From positions 992,001 to 1,056,000 of the forward strand of contig NW_025767390.1 of assembly GCF_003918875.1 (NCBI RefSeq): a stretch of 64,000 nt of DNA, read 5' to 3'. Of the stretch, positions 12,604 through 25,670 are shown one piece after another. Positions within the stretch are counted from its first letter, which is position 1, and each line of letters starts with the position of its first letter. The translations under genes were made by a program, and so were the position numbers. Origin of the DNA: Haliotis rubra. Lineage: Eukaryota. The notes below the pieces were generated by a model. It did not search any database and was not told the DNA's origin. It saw only the letters and a list, made by a program, of their open reading frames with translations.

Positions 12604-13619
12604 TGATTCTGGTTTTGTTTGTTTTGCATTTGTAGTTTTTGCAAACGCTGCATTCATTAGTATTCCAGCTATATGTCTGGTTGACTGTAAATATAGGAGT
12701 GGAGCAGGCAATACAGTGACTGACATTATGAGCAGAAATCTACGCAGATTGGATACAATGGCATGCGTGCACCGATGCATCGAGTCTGAAACCCTTAAAT
12801 CACGTCCCTCTAACGAAAAACACGTGTTGCTGAAAATTCAGTTCTAAACAGTGTGTGTTTATGCGTGTGGAGGTGTGTGTGTGTGAAAGTAAAGAGTGTT
12901 TTAACCAATGATCTAAGATATCAAATTAAGGCCTACACAACTACCATATATATTAGTCTGAGGTATCAAATTGAAGCCTACACAACTAATCTATTTAACC
13001 AGAATGTCTGCCTGACATCCCTCCCAGATATAGCATCTACATATATGCGTTACCTCCTACGAACGTGAGCGCTTGGTACTTTATCAGCCAGTCTATCTAT
13101 GCATCCACTAGAAACACGAGAGGTTGCAGGGATTTTGGGCTTCCTGTCATTGAGCCAAGTCACTCCTTCATTTAGGGCCGCGCTCTTGTTATCATGACAA
13201 TGCCACAGATGCAAATTTCGTAAACTGCATGTTGGTGTTACTTACCTTAAGTACTCCTTCCTAATATTGTAATTACCTTGCAGGGAATCCGGTTTAGGCT
13301 TTATAAAGCACAAATACAAGTACTGTGGAAAATGGAAAATGCTGTCGTTAATGTTATGACCGTATGTAAGAATTCACAGAGATTCACGCTGGGCAGAGTT
13401 GCGTCCTAAAGCGCGCTAGAAATCAGTGAATCTCATTTGCTCTAACTATGCTTCAAGTTTGTCTAACTGTACCTGTGCTCCTGGGTTTCAGCAAAGTGTT
13501 AAACGCCTGAGACGTGAACCTCGCACCTCCTTCCTGTGTTAAGCTGGCACTCTGTGATATAACAGAAATAGTGTAGAAGGAAGCGTCAAACCACAATCAC
13601 TTGCTCATTAACTTACAGA

Positions 13620-14040
13620 ATGTAATCAGTGATCCAAATACGTCGCTCTATATCATTTGACAAATAAAAAGTCACAATCGTCCACAGAGACTAAAGGTGA
13701 TTATGGTGGATTGCTTTAAATAAAACTCATCTAATCTTTTTTGGCTTGAGGAAAGACGAATCTCTCTTCTCTGCTTTTAGGGATAACTATGAAAAACATA
13801 ATTTCATTCTGCAAGTGCTTCTTGCGAAGTCGAGAGTGCTGTCTTTGCCAATTTGCCAAAACATATTTATTACAACTAGTTGATCCACGTGCTTTGTGGA
13901 AACAATACCATTCAATAACTGAAAAAGATTTGACCATTTTGTAGACACGTATCGAGGTCAGAAACACTGTTGAACCTATCAAGCAAATCTACAGATGGAG
14001 TACAAATGTGAAAAATTTAAGGACGAGGATGAAAAAAACA
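13620..14040 (+). pseudogene. Decayed coding-like segment preceded by a conserved AG
   Basis: Reads DNYEKHNFIL...STCFVETIPFNN*KRFDHFVDTYRGQ. Third-position changes versus 44930-45350. acttacag/acttatag is conserved upstream in both copies. Strand not fully resolved. Confidence 0.45.
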
Positions 14041-15299
14041 TAATTTCATTCTGACATCTTCTTACATGCAAATTTTCACCCTAGTTTAATGTACTTGGAA
14101 TGACCCTAAAGTCAGTAAATTTAATATTTCAACATATTGCAATGAGAACAGTTCAGTGAACTGCACGGTTTGTGAGAGAAGCTTTTTTTATTAAAAACTG
14201 TCACATTAACACACACACTGGTCATAGTTAAATAATTTTTTTCTGAATTCATACACATTGGTGTATCAATTTTAAATCAGTATATTTAAGATATGTGTGT
14301 GTAGTGTATCCGTATATATCAGTGCATTCAGATGCAACTATGTATAAAAAATCAAGATGATTTGTCTTTGGCAATATTACAGTATCTCAATTGATTCTTT
14401 CAGATAAAGCAAAAATTGCATACTAGTATACAACGTACTTTAAAATATTGATAGTATCAGATACTTGACATTTTTAGCTTAAGTGCATTATTCATCAAAT
14501 AGATTGAAAAACTGGACATTAGACATAGTCTTGGACTGCGGATTGTGTGTCAGATAAATGACAGTGGGTATCCAGATACTAACACAACAATAAAATGGCA
14601 TCAGTTGAATCTCAGCGCTAAGTTGAAACATCTTGTTCATCTTGCCTAATGTTGTTAAATTTTACGTTTCCAGGCACCTGTTCGGGTTTTCTTTAGAAAA
14701 CAGATGTGTTTGTATGTACAAGGTACGAGGTACGACTGAAGATCGTGGCATGTCAGCATCAAATTAAAGAAACACGCGAAAAGACGCAGGTCTTCGACGT
14801 CTAACACTTGGTGAGAGTCCGAGCACGGGTTTATGGCGCTGACAAACTTAGAGATATAATAATTCCAATCAACAACACCGTACGTTCCTGGCACGCCTAA
14901 AGGGACACAGCGGTGCAAAGCTAAATACAGTGTTAAGGCCGACTCGCCGACTCACCTTAATCCACAGAATGGGTCGTCTCAGCCTCAATTTCCATTTTAC
15001 GGTCAATGGAAGTCTATTAGTCATAAATGTTACAGGATGGAATCATCAAAAGACATGCTCATCCAGTGAAGACAAACATCATAATCTTTGTGAAATTCTA
15101 TTAACTGGTTTTGTAATTTGATTGTGTTGTTGAGCTGTAATAGGTAAATTATAGTACATAGTTAACATCCAGGGTGAGATACTACTTTCCGTGTGCACAT
15201 CAAAAGTGGAACAATTGATGAAGCAGCAAATGCAAGAAAGCACAGACTCACCAAATCACATTCCGATGAGGGTTTTTGCTCATGAACTTTGTTCAGAAG

Positions 15300-16180
15300 G
15301 AACTTTGTTCAGAGGGAAATTCGTCTCTGAAATGCATATATGACAAAACGATCATTACATTTTAAAACACTGGGAATAAAATGACGATGTTTATATTCAA
15401 TATACGTAGCAATAACGAGTATTATACCATTTAGATTATGTTTGAGATATCCTAAAATCCGTTCGTTAAGGGACAAATCGTTTTGATACTTCCATCTTCA
15501 ATGGTACACCTAAAGGTATATTTTCTTTACTTTTCATGCCAGACCTAAATGGAAGAATTCCCTTTTTCGAAGAATTCTTGTATTCGTCCTGAATATGATC
15601 CGTCTGAGAGATAAATTGATAAACGGTTGTAAGCAGCATCTCTGTGTGAGTTTTGCTCACACAGGAAGCTGACAAGACGTAACTGGAAAATTCACAGTGA
15701 GAAGACCAAAACCGCAATACCAGGCATTAAGGAACTGAAGGCATTACTGGGACATAATGGAAGCTCTGGTTCAAACAGAAAATGTCAAACAGTAATACCG
15801 GGAAGTCACGAACATTTCAAGGCACTATACCATGCCAGAATGCAGTTCAGGTGTTGATATATTTCCGTCTCGCTACGATGATAATCGTCTTTGTAGGTTT
15901 CCCCGAGGTGGTGAACGTCTACGACATGCGTTATTATGGCTTTCATTCAACTAGCTGTCCATCTGATATATGTTTAAAGTTCTGTTCCACATAATGTTAA
16001 ACCCTAATCAGTCATTTCATTGTTTTCATTGGTTATGATATTTATGTAAAGGCACATACGACGACTGTATTTTTCAATGACATTATATTTTATGGGCATA
16101 TACAACGTCAACGCAAAGGAATAACGAGTCTTGATTATCCTACAAAACAGATTCCAGTGAGAATTGTAAGGCAAATTAGT
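15300..16180 (+). pseudogene. Decayed coding-like segment (strand uncertain)
   Basis: Fragments FVLNMIRLRDKLINGCKQHL, GVDIFPSR, VGFPEVVNVYDMRYYGFHST and IMLNPNQSFHCFHW match ORFs 43428-43622 and 43597-43914 in the inverted copy. Confidence 0.45.
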
Positions 16181-17009
16181 AGTAAAAATCACATGGATCG
16201 ATCAGTAAAAATCACTGATGACACTATGTGTTCATCGAGGTTAATGACTAGTGATGTGAACCATTGCAAAGACAGTCTCCATAATCCCACCACGTGGTGT
16301 ATTTATCAATATCCCTTCCATTCCCTCGACTAGCACCGTAATCTACTCACTTCCTTCACAGACTTCGGTCTTTTCGTTATTTATTTTACCCTTTCTGACC
16401 TGCAGTTGCTGGTTATCAAAGCCTCGTATATTTAGATCTGTTTGGTCTCAGTTGAAGTTTCTCTTTGAGGGACATGCATTATGCTAGTTCGTGACAATGC
16501 TCGAGAGCGACAAAAACACTTTCTTTGACTCATTTGTAATAATTGTGGGATTGCGGAATGCAGAGAATTGTGAGGACACGATTACATCAGAAAAAGGCAT
16601 TGTAACTCTGTGATGAAATACAAATGACAGGATGGTTAAGTTCAAAGACATTTACGACCGCTAGCGCTACTGCGGGTTTCCATCCTTCTCGTAATCTGTC
16701 AGTTCACTCGTGGACCAAGAAGCATCACTGATGCAATTCCTTCAAATCAACACCTCAATTATTACCAGTAAGACCTGGGAAAAGATTATCACATTCTTTC
16801 CCAAAGACGTGATATCAGATTTTTTCATGGTTTTATATTGTCAGTCATTGTGAGATAAAATGTTGTTCCGCAGTTGAATCTTGACACACGAAGAACAGCT
16901 AGAACTTGTACCCTGATGGGAGTAGAAAAAGCTCGTAGATGTTTTCCCCAGTTATGTTCCCCGGTCTGTCAGCAATCTAGTCCTGTTCATGGGCTTCACG
17001 CTAACGATT

Positions 17010-17483
17010 TATTGTTTGTTTGGTGGTTGTTTAACGCCGCACTCAGCAATATTCCAGCTATATGGAGGAGCATAAGCATCGATCTTCCTTTGGCAAGAGG
17101 TCTTTCCAGTACGCTGGTCCTACTCTGTGTAATTTTCTCCCTCTCCACATAAAGCAGTCTCCCACATTGGAAACTTTCAAAATTAAGTTGAAGACTTTCT
17201 TTTTTTCCAAAGCCTATCCCTACAATCAATCTTTCTGTCATCAATTTCAATGTATACTTATTTTACTAATTTATCCCCTGTATGCATTGTATGTATGCTT
17301 TTATTTTTTTGAGCATGTATCAGTGGGTGGAAAATGGAGCGCTAAAAATATCCATTATTATTTTTTATCTACATAATTGGGATGCGATAACATGTGCCAA
17401 CCATGTCAGCGAGCCTGACCACCCGATCCCGTTAGCTTCCTCTCACGACAAGCATGATTTGTTAGAGATCAATTCTAACCCGT
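17010..17483 (-). mobile_element. SINE-like repeat split by an L2 fragment
   Basis: Halves 17010-17084 and 17367-17483 join into a family copy. Confidence 0.8.
17085..17366 (+). mobile_element. L2-like 3' end fragment nested in a SINE
   Basis: Reads SFGKRSFQYAGPTLCNFLP..FKIKLKTFFF; attattatt tail; atct duplicated at both ends. Confidence 0.8.
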
Positions 17484-18237
17484 GAGCCAAATGTTTTAGA
17501 CCTTCATGAGTTCGTACTTTCCTGACATATCAACTTGATATTCCGTGACATAAATGGAATACAGTGGTGCTTCCTTCAACGTACCCACTGACACATCCAC
17601 ACACTCCACGCCCTTACTGGATGTCACGTGCGACAAGCACTGGTTTCTGAAGATCAATTCTGGCACAAAATCTTAACAGGACATATATAGGCTATAACCC
17701 AGACTACATGTGTGCGTAATGAGGTAACAGACAGAACGACACTTCCTGGTGAAATATCTGTGACGCCATCAGATGCCTGAACGTTACCTTTCAAAGCAGC
17801 AGGAGGGTTAGCTCTCAGTACTTGCCATCGCGTTTTAGAAAACATTGAGGATTCTGTACTGCCATATCATCTTTGTACGGTTCATGACACATTTACAGTC
17901 TAAAGCATTCCATTTATCCAGTGCACTGATGAAAGTTTTCAATTCCATTATCGTGTTTATTCAACAGGACACAGATGATTTTATCCCATCGCATGCATGT
18001 TTCCAATATTTCGGCATTACACACAATCAATAGTAAAGGGGTCATTATCGGAATACGTGTTTTTCTTGACGAATCGTCAGCATTTCGTGTATATTTTCTT
18101 TCTGATATTGCAACCTTCTTGACGGCTGGCAGTAAAACTGTCAAAAGCATAGCATGACCTTTCTATGTATAATTCTTGAAATATATTTCATGCTACTAAA
18201 AGGCAGTTGCTAGAAACCACGACGATTCCAAATATAT

Positions 18238-18500
18238 GGGGCGGAGGGTAGCCTAGTGATTAAGGCATTCTCTCGCCGAAGGTTCGAATCACCACATAGA
18301 TACAGTGTGTGAAGCCCATTTCTGGTGATATTGCTGGAGTATTGCTGAAAACGGATTTAAACTAAACATACTCACTCACCCAAATAAAACTTTCTTCTTT
18401 GTTTCCTCTCTTTCTGGTGTCCCCCCGCGTGATATTCCTGGAGTATTGCTGAAAACGGATTTAAACTAAACACACGCACTCACCCAAATAGAACTTTCTT
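18238..18500 (+). mobile_element. Second tRNA-derived SINE family with a locally duplicated 3' end
   Basis: ggtagcctagtg A box, ggttcgaatc B box, (ACTC)n tail. The 3' half plus flank is repeated at 18411-18510. Confidence 0.75.
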
Positions 18501-18574
18501 CTTTGTTTCCTCTCACATTTGTGGAATTGATAAACGGTCATTAAAACAGTCATAGCTGACTCAAAAAGTTAGTT

Positions 18575-20400
18575 AGTAGTACATGTTCAACCACAACTGG
18601 TTTAAATTATGACAAAACAAATGAACTCTTCATACTTATGAACCATTGTAGCAAGAGGTCTTTGATAAGTTAATACATGTTTAACCCTTCCAAATGATCC
18701 TTATTCACAATAAGGGTTACGCCAGATGGGACTTTTTTATGGTGAACGTGAATATTGTGATTGACAGACAATCATTTATGTCCGCATTGTCTATGAAATT
18801 TCACATTTCAACAGAATGTTACAATTTTCACTTCATTAGGTTGGATTTACACTACGTCCGCATTTTTTGACGCATGCGCGTTTTTTCCAATACACTAGGT
18901 GCGCTCATCTGCGATATATGACGGATGAATATCAGATGGAGGAAAAATCCTAGCAGTTTCTGTGCCCGAGGAAGAGAACAGAACACGGAGATGATGGGGA
19001 CATCCCTTAAACCAACAAAGATTACTTGAAGGAGCCTATAATCGTCTTATAAGGGAATTATTAGGGAATTAAATAACATCAATCTTTTATGTGTTTTCGA
19101 AATATTGAACTAAGAGTATGTAGAAAATATTTACTTTCATACCAACATTGTTCTCTCATAGACTCAGGCATTACAAATTCCACATTTATAGAATTTGAGC
19201 AGTACTGACTTCCCTGGGGAGATATCTGGGCAATTTTATTTTTCATAAGATTTTTACAAGCATCTTGAAGAAGCTTGTTCTGAGAATGAAATTTATCAAA
19301 GGTTTGTCATATTATTGTATATGTTATGCACAGACAGGCGCATGAAACACATTATAAATAATATCTCATCAAAAACACAGCCTGTCTGCAATTGGAATCG
19401 CGTATTTTTTTCGAAAGATGAGGAAATAACCTTACCTGATTGTCAATGTGTTGGGGAAATACCTTATTGGAATGACGTCATCAGGGGAATTCTTCATGCG
19501 AGTTCATTTGCGTTGCGTCAAAAATAGAAGGCTTACCTATCTAAATCGCTTCGGATAGCAACGCATGCAAAATTCGCACCTAGTGTATTGTCTAAATGGC
19601 AAATGGACTGCTTGCGTTTTTTCGGACGCAACGCAGAGAAAATCGGACGTAGTGTAAATCCAGCCTTACTGACACATATTAAATGGAAGTCACTAAAACA
19701 GCATTCATATTATGCATGTTACTTAATTATTGGGAAAATTAAAAGAAGCTGAATACAGTCGCCGAATCCCCGGAACCTTAAAGTCCAAAACTGTGATTCC
19801 TGTATCAAATTCATCACCATCGATTATCCATTTCTTTTATGCTTTATTGTTTACATACCCACATAGACAAGGGAAACACTTTGATTTGGGGCAGTTTGTT
19901 CTAAAAACTTTGAGGGCCAGTAACCCTTGTGCACATTATATGGGGTCTTCACGTCATTTCAGTGAATCATTGCCATAAGAAGATCATTTGGCAGACATCG
20001 CGCAAAGATCGCGCAAACTCTCGTCCTGGGTTATTTGTGCTGGCGCGTCGTTTTACACTCAATAGGATCAGACACGATCTCCCTTTTGCTTACTTATCAT
20101 TACATCTAAAAGAGATAAAAACATTCTCACGTCATCTCTCACTCCTGTGGGGATTCTGCACTTAGAGAAAGCATCAAATTAATGTGGCATTTGTGACGTC
20201 GCTCTTTTCATCAGGGTAGATCGATAGCAGGATGTGTGTGTACTCAAAGACATTGTCTTCTTTAAAATCGATGAGATGTTACTTTTGCGTAGGTACTTGA
20301 ATGCAGTGAGAATTTGAGATTCAGTCTATCGAAGGAAAAAGCATATGTCACACATCTCATCAAAGACATGCTGCTTTATGCCAGTTTGTTGACATAATTA
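18575..20400 (+). pseudogene. Decayed ORF, unknown family, paralog Q
   Basis: Reads MILIHNKGYARWDFFMVNVNIVIDRQSF, then ORF 19730-19978, then FTLNRIRHDLPFAYL and QDVCVLKDIVFFKIDEMLLLRRYL. Interrupted by a Harbinger-like MITE. Confidence 0.65.
18839..19665. mobile_element. PIF/Harbinger-like (Tourist-type) MITE
   Basis: TIRs ggttggatttacactacgtccg / cggacgtagtgtaaatccagcc; 3-bp TTA TSD; empty site at ~925. Confidence 0.9.
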
Positions 20401-21238
20401 ATATTTGCTGTGTGATAGCCCGGTCGTTAAAGCGCTCACTCGTATTGCCGAAAGATCGGAGTTTGATTCTCAGACGGATACAACGTATGGGACGCATTTC
20501 TGGTGTCCCATGATTTGTTTTTTGTTGATATATATCTAAGTGGGGTATATAATCTTAAAAACATATGCCTGAAATCATGTACCCCCAAAACTTATATTGT
20601 TACCATTAATGTTTGATTACATATACAGTATGTCAGTATGAATGTGACAGTCGTCCTGAGCCACCTCCAGGAGTTCCATTCAATATCTTATGTCAAAAGG
20701 ATATCCTTGGTTTTTTTTTTTTCTTTGCTTGTGTTTTTGATTGTTTGTTAAACGTTGCATTTAACCATATTTCAGCGTCGTGACGGACGTCTGTTAATGC
20801 TCGAGGTTGAACCAGACATTCCAGTGACTGACACCATGAGTATCCAATCAATTTGGTTATGATGATCCTTTAATCAAGTCTCTTCACCCGGTCCCGTTAG
20901 TTGCCTCTTCCGACAGAAATAGCTGTCCTTTAAGACAAGAATATTTTGCTGAAGACCACTAGTAACCCGAATCTTCACGGGTCAGTTATTCATTAATCAC
21001 AGAAGATTTATCTCGACCCGTTGAACTTTTTCAGTTGATGCACAAGACGTAACCGTATTCTGGATAATTGAAAGGAGGATTAATTTACAGTATTTAACCT
21101 ATTGTCCATATGCATCCGTGGGGACCATATGGCAAACGATAAAAGACTCAAAAGAATGCGTTTGTATCGTGACAATCAGCGTAAACTGTTAATAAATATA
21201 TTTTTCATTTCAAAAGCTAACCAGTGTATGAGCTATAA

Positions 21239-21468
21239 TGAGTGAGTGGTGTTAGTTTTACACCTCACTCAGCAATATTCCAGCTATATTGCGGCGGTCT
21301 GTAAATAATCGAGTCTGGACCAGACAATTCAGGGATCAACAGCATGAGCATCGATCTGCGCAATTGGGACCCAAAGACATGTGTCAACCAAGTCAGCGAG
21401 TCTGACCAGCCAATCCCGTTAGTGGCCTCTTACGACAAGCATCAAGTCTAACCCGGACTTTCACGGGT
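21239..21468 (-). mobile_element. SINE-like repeat, near full length
   Basis: Matches the family consensus; flanked by a gtat(g/a)agctataa duplication. Confidence 0.88.
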
Positions 21469-22559
21469 CGTATAAGCTATAAAAGAATATTTTCATGATA
21501 ATGAAACTTTAATTTTTGGCAACAAATGTATTTGTTAACCGACATTTTAAAGGATATATACGCCCGAAACGGCCAGAAATATCCATCAATTGCCAATTTA
21601 ATTCATTCGAAGCAAAAAACGACCACAAATCCCGACTGGGGTCGAAATCGATGAATTCTACTTCATGACTTCACATTTATCCCGAAGCTGAAGTACAATC
21701 TTGTTTAAATCCTACAATTTACATGTTGCGTCTCATATTCAAATCACGTAGGAAATAAATTGGTTTTAGATTACGTTTCCATACTCTCAAATGTGATTAA
21801 ACCACGAAGGTGCGTGTTTCAATAAACCTCCTGAATATAATTATCAGTGATATGGATACAATTAATTGGCATAAAGAACACTTTTTCTACGTGATCTGGA
21901 GATACAAATGAACTGTTACGCGTGTAAAAGCAGTTATAAATTTCGTACGTGTGATTATGGTTTTACCCTGTTTCTCTCTTTATTCCAGCAGTCACAAGAA
22001 ATGGACAATCTAGCTTGGACGTATGAACGCTTTACCATGGCCTGGTCAACCTTGATCTCGATCAATAAACCGAACCTGTGAGATCAATTTCTATGTATAC
22101 ACAATGAAATTCATATTTGGTTTGTTTGTTTGTTTTATGTTTAACACCACAATCACCAATATTACAGCCCTGTAGGTCAGCCTAAGCATAATAGCATGCC
22201 GACCCGACAAACCAGTGGTTAATGTAATGAGCAGCCTCCCGATTTAATTCAGTCAACGTGGTGACGAAACCTGAACACTTGATCTATTAAATGTTACTGT
22301 TGACCACTTTTACCCGGAAACCTTTCGGGGGAATATATATCTCAATCTATTATTTAGATAGAAACGATATATAAACGCGTACCAAGCAGTTATTAAATGT
22401 AAACTTTTTTCAAATCTATTCGATCGTTGGCAGTGTTTATCCCATCATGTATGATGATGATAATGATTTTGTATGAAAGCTTGACCCGAATGTATTTGAT
22501 TTTACATATGTTATTCTCCTATATTTATATGTTATATTGTCATCGACTTTCATTAAAGC

Positions 22560-23829
22560 AATATATGAAATATACAAAACACCAAATTGTATTTTCGTAT
22601 TCCCACCATTACCACTTTTAGATCTCAGGATGAAATAACCAACAAGCCAACAAATGTTTCCCATGACGAAACCTTTTGTTCGCTTCCAAATACACTTTCC
22701 AATCAGCTTTGGGAGTTCTCAAAGCCTTACGTTCAATTTGTTCCTATGTTGAAAAAGAATCTCTTTGAAAGTGAATCCTTTACATGCAAGCTGTACCGTT
22801 CCAATGCTTGGCTCAGGCGCTTGAAGTTACCTAATAACGAAAGCGTTTCGTTTGAGAGTAGCACGGTCAATTGACATCAATTAGAACCAAGAAAAAGAGT
22901 ACCAGTCATGTTTTGCCAAATGCTATCACATCCTTTTATACCGTTGAATACATTCAACACAATTCTGACTTGACACCTTCATGTGCAAGATGTCTTTGTA
23001 CATTTTAAGACTCTTGTCCTCTTAATAACAGCAAAACAGTTGGATGTCAAACATTTTGATGTGGCTTACTGCGATATTGCATGTGGTAATTGTGTATCAT
23101 TCCACGAATATGAAGTGAATTCAATTGCTTTTGAAATAGGTTAATAACATATTACAAGTACGCTTCAAAAGAAACAGTATTGATCGAAAGCTTCTTGGAG
23201 AAGATTGTCACTTTAGGTTTAGGTATCCGGTTTCATGCAACTGAAACCTGCAATATACTGAATACCTAAACATCATTTATGTATTTATATTCCAGTGGTA
23301 GAGGGTTCTTTTATGACGGGGACCTGTTAAAATTGTCGTAATTATCGGAGGTCCTCGGCAACTGTGTAGTTACATCAGGAAATCGGTTAAAACAAAGATA
23401 GCTTAAAGCCATCATTTGCTTCAAAGTATTTTTCCATCTCCAGGAAAGGATGTCTTTTCGCAATACAGAGAAACTAAAATCCAAGCTGTATGTTTCCTGG
23501 TGAAGCTGGATTTTTATATTTCCAGATTAAAGTGTTAATGTTATGACTGTGTACTTAGCAGATCTTAAATTTTGATAATATAAACATAGGGCACAGGGGC
23601 ACGGCCATGGCCTGCCATTCATTGTCCAGAGTTACGGCCCTTGGAGATGAAAGAAACATGTAATTGTGTGTTCGAATTCTTCACTAAGGACTTTCTCCGC
23701 CCACTGAGATGACAGGCTGTGATGTAATTGGCATACTGTTCGTAAAATGTCTTCCCTTCAGGCCGATATGGCATCTCTCCTCTCCCGACTGGGCACCTTT
23801 ATTACTAAAAATATTAAGAAAATGCACAT
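22560..23829 (-). pseudogene. Decayed ORF, unknown family, with signal-peptide-like start (C1)
   Basis: ATG at 23829 gives MCIFLIFLVIKVP, followed by VHSHNINTLIWKY. Homologous to 28940-30304. Confidence 0.6.
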
Positions 23830-24543
23830 GTCATATACCATAGATTTTCAAAATGGACAAAATGCCTCTAATACATCAAACAAAATGTTCATTTTATCAG
23901 AAAATGGCATTTAAAAGGTCATTACTGAACAGACTTCGGAAAACGTTACATCAAATCAAAATACTGCACTATGGATTTCTGACCTCAGTGCAGTTGGTTT
24001 TAAGTCTTGTTGGTCTATTCTGGATTATCCGGTACAACATCGAATATCAATCAACAAAAAAGCCTTCCCCTTCAACCTTACACTTTAACCTTACACGTTC
24101 GTTCTTACATTTCTGTCTGATTGGAGCATATTGTTAAATAAGACGTTAAACAGCATTCACTCATTTTCACAAAAACGCCATCTGTAATGAAAGAATGTAA
24201 AACACACCTTTACTATTGGATAATCAAAATGAGTTGATCAGATATCCATTCAGTCCAGAGGATGCTGGTATCACATCCTATACATTTTGATTGTTCTGAT
24301 TTCAAAACCCTCTCAGTAGCTGGCATTTAAATAGTGAGACTAACGGCTTGAAACTGTCAGACAAATAGCAGAACTATTTTTGTGTGATTATAGAAGCAGG
24401 AAGCTGTTATATAAAATGCGGCATATGTTCAAATGGAAATTGTTTAGAATTCCCGTTTCCTGTCAGTGTATGGAGCATTATTGAAATTCTGATACGACCC
24501 TTTAACGTGGTTCTCATGTAAACCTTATCAATAGCTCATGGTC

Positions 24544-25670
24544 GGGTTATGGTGAAAACGGACCCCAGCAAAAACGGCAATTTTTTTTTCAAGAAAACGG
24601 CCCCCCCCTAGAGAAAACGGCCACCGCTGATAGAGAAAACGGTCTCTTGGCCAAGAGTAATCGGCCATTATATATTACAGAAAACCACACGTATCTTATT
24701 TTGCTTTTGATCATCTCTATGTCAATATCATAATAAGAAGGCACCAACACTGATTGGAAAGGAAAGGATTATTTTGGGCTTTTGCCTTCACCCGTCAACA
24801 GTTAATTATTGAATAAACACGAGAAAATGTTATCATTACTCAGTGGTCGTCGCCGAAAGTATTAGATAAGATGATATATTAATTCTTTTGTCGACCTGTT
24901 TTCTCACTCTCACGTCAGTCAGTACACAGGGTGTAGCGGAGTGATTGGATATCTTGACCTGACTCATGGTGACTCAATACAAATTTAAATTAATTAAATT
25001 TAAAACATTTAAACTATAGATTACAATACAATATGAAAACAGCATATAGATTGCCTACAACTGAAGGTAGATCACCATACTAGGGACTATGGCAGAACTA
25101 CAAGAACAAAAGTTTGAATTAGTTAAAACAGGCTTCTTTATTCACATTTGATGTAATTAAATATTCTACTAATCCGTTCGTCAATATAAACACTGCCTTG
25201 TTATCTTTTTTCTCTATCATCAACTAATCTTACCTGTAAAATCTACAATCAATCAAGTAAATCTCTATTATTTTGAATATATATAATCATATAATCTCTT
25301 TTGATCTTGATGCAAATATGTTGGCCGTTTTGTCTAGGAACGACTCGTGAAGGTCCGGGTTAGAATATTGATCTTCGGTAACCCATGCTTGTCGTGAGAG
25401 GCGACTTACGGGATCGGGTGGTGAGGCTCGCTGACTTGGTTGACACATGTCATCGGTTCCCAATTGCGCAGATCGATGCTCCAGGCTCGATTGTTTACAG
25501 ACCGCCGCCATATAGCTGTAATATTGCTGAGTGCGGCGTAAAACTAATCTCACTCACTCAATCTCTAGGCACAGAGGTCGTTTTCTCTAGGTTCGGTGGC
25601 CGTTTTCCTGGATTTTTTTTAAGGGGGGGGGGGGGTCCTTTTTCGCTGGGGTCCGTTTTCTCCGTATCCC
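24544..25670. mobile_element. Non-autonomous TIR element with ~8-bp TSD (hAT- or MULE-like)
   Basis: TIRs gggttatggtgaaaacggaccccagc / gctggggtccgttttctccgtatccc; subterminal aaaacggcc repeats; TSD (t/c)catggtc; empty site at ~33045. Confidence 0.85.
25343..25562 (+). mobile_element. SINE-like repeat nested in a MITE
   Basis: Runs from ctcgtgaaggtccgggttag to gcggcgtaaaactaatctcactcactc. Confidence 0.88.

Larger units (their letters stand above)
16210..18560 (+). pseudogene. Decayed ORF, unknown family, paralog P (longest copy)
   Basis: Reads DSLHNPTTWCIYQYPFHSL...SIITSKTWEKII...HINLIFRDINGIQWCFLQRTH...EDQFWHKILTGHI*AITQTTCVRNEV...LENIEDSVLPYHL. Motif order is colinear with paralog W. Interrupted by a SINE/L2 at 17010-17483 and a SINE at 18238. 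Confidence 0.65.
1..21240 (+). repeat. Left arm of a large segmental duplication: tandem ~16.8-kb unit (1-2620 recurs at ~16777-21240)
   Basis: gggaaaagattatcac occurs at 2 and ~16777. Colinear similarity continues through 430-620/18100-18545, 830-1890/18730-20400 and 2020-2620/20570-21240. Confidence 0.9.

Noticed and set aside
12381-12847. His/Thr- and Cys/Val-repeat ORFs
   Set aside because: Translations of the (TG)n microsatellite plus a SINE remnant.
3700-20400. Horizontal transfer from a TGA=Trp (code 4) bacterium to explain conserved TGA codons
   Set aside because: Shared TAA/TAG stops and frameshifts also occur, and no bacterial gene is recognisable.
22900-23520. Resemblance to an ionotropic receptor pore region or a STELLO/GT92 glycosyltransferase
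   Set aside because: Only loose matches in stop-ridden frames. The diagnostic motifs (SYTANL, DxD context) are absent.
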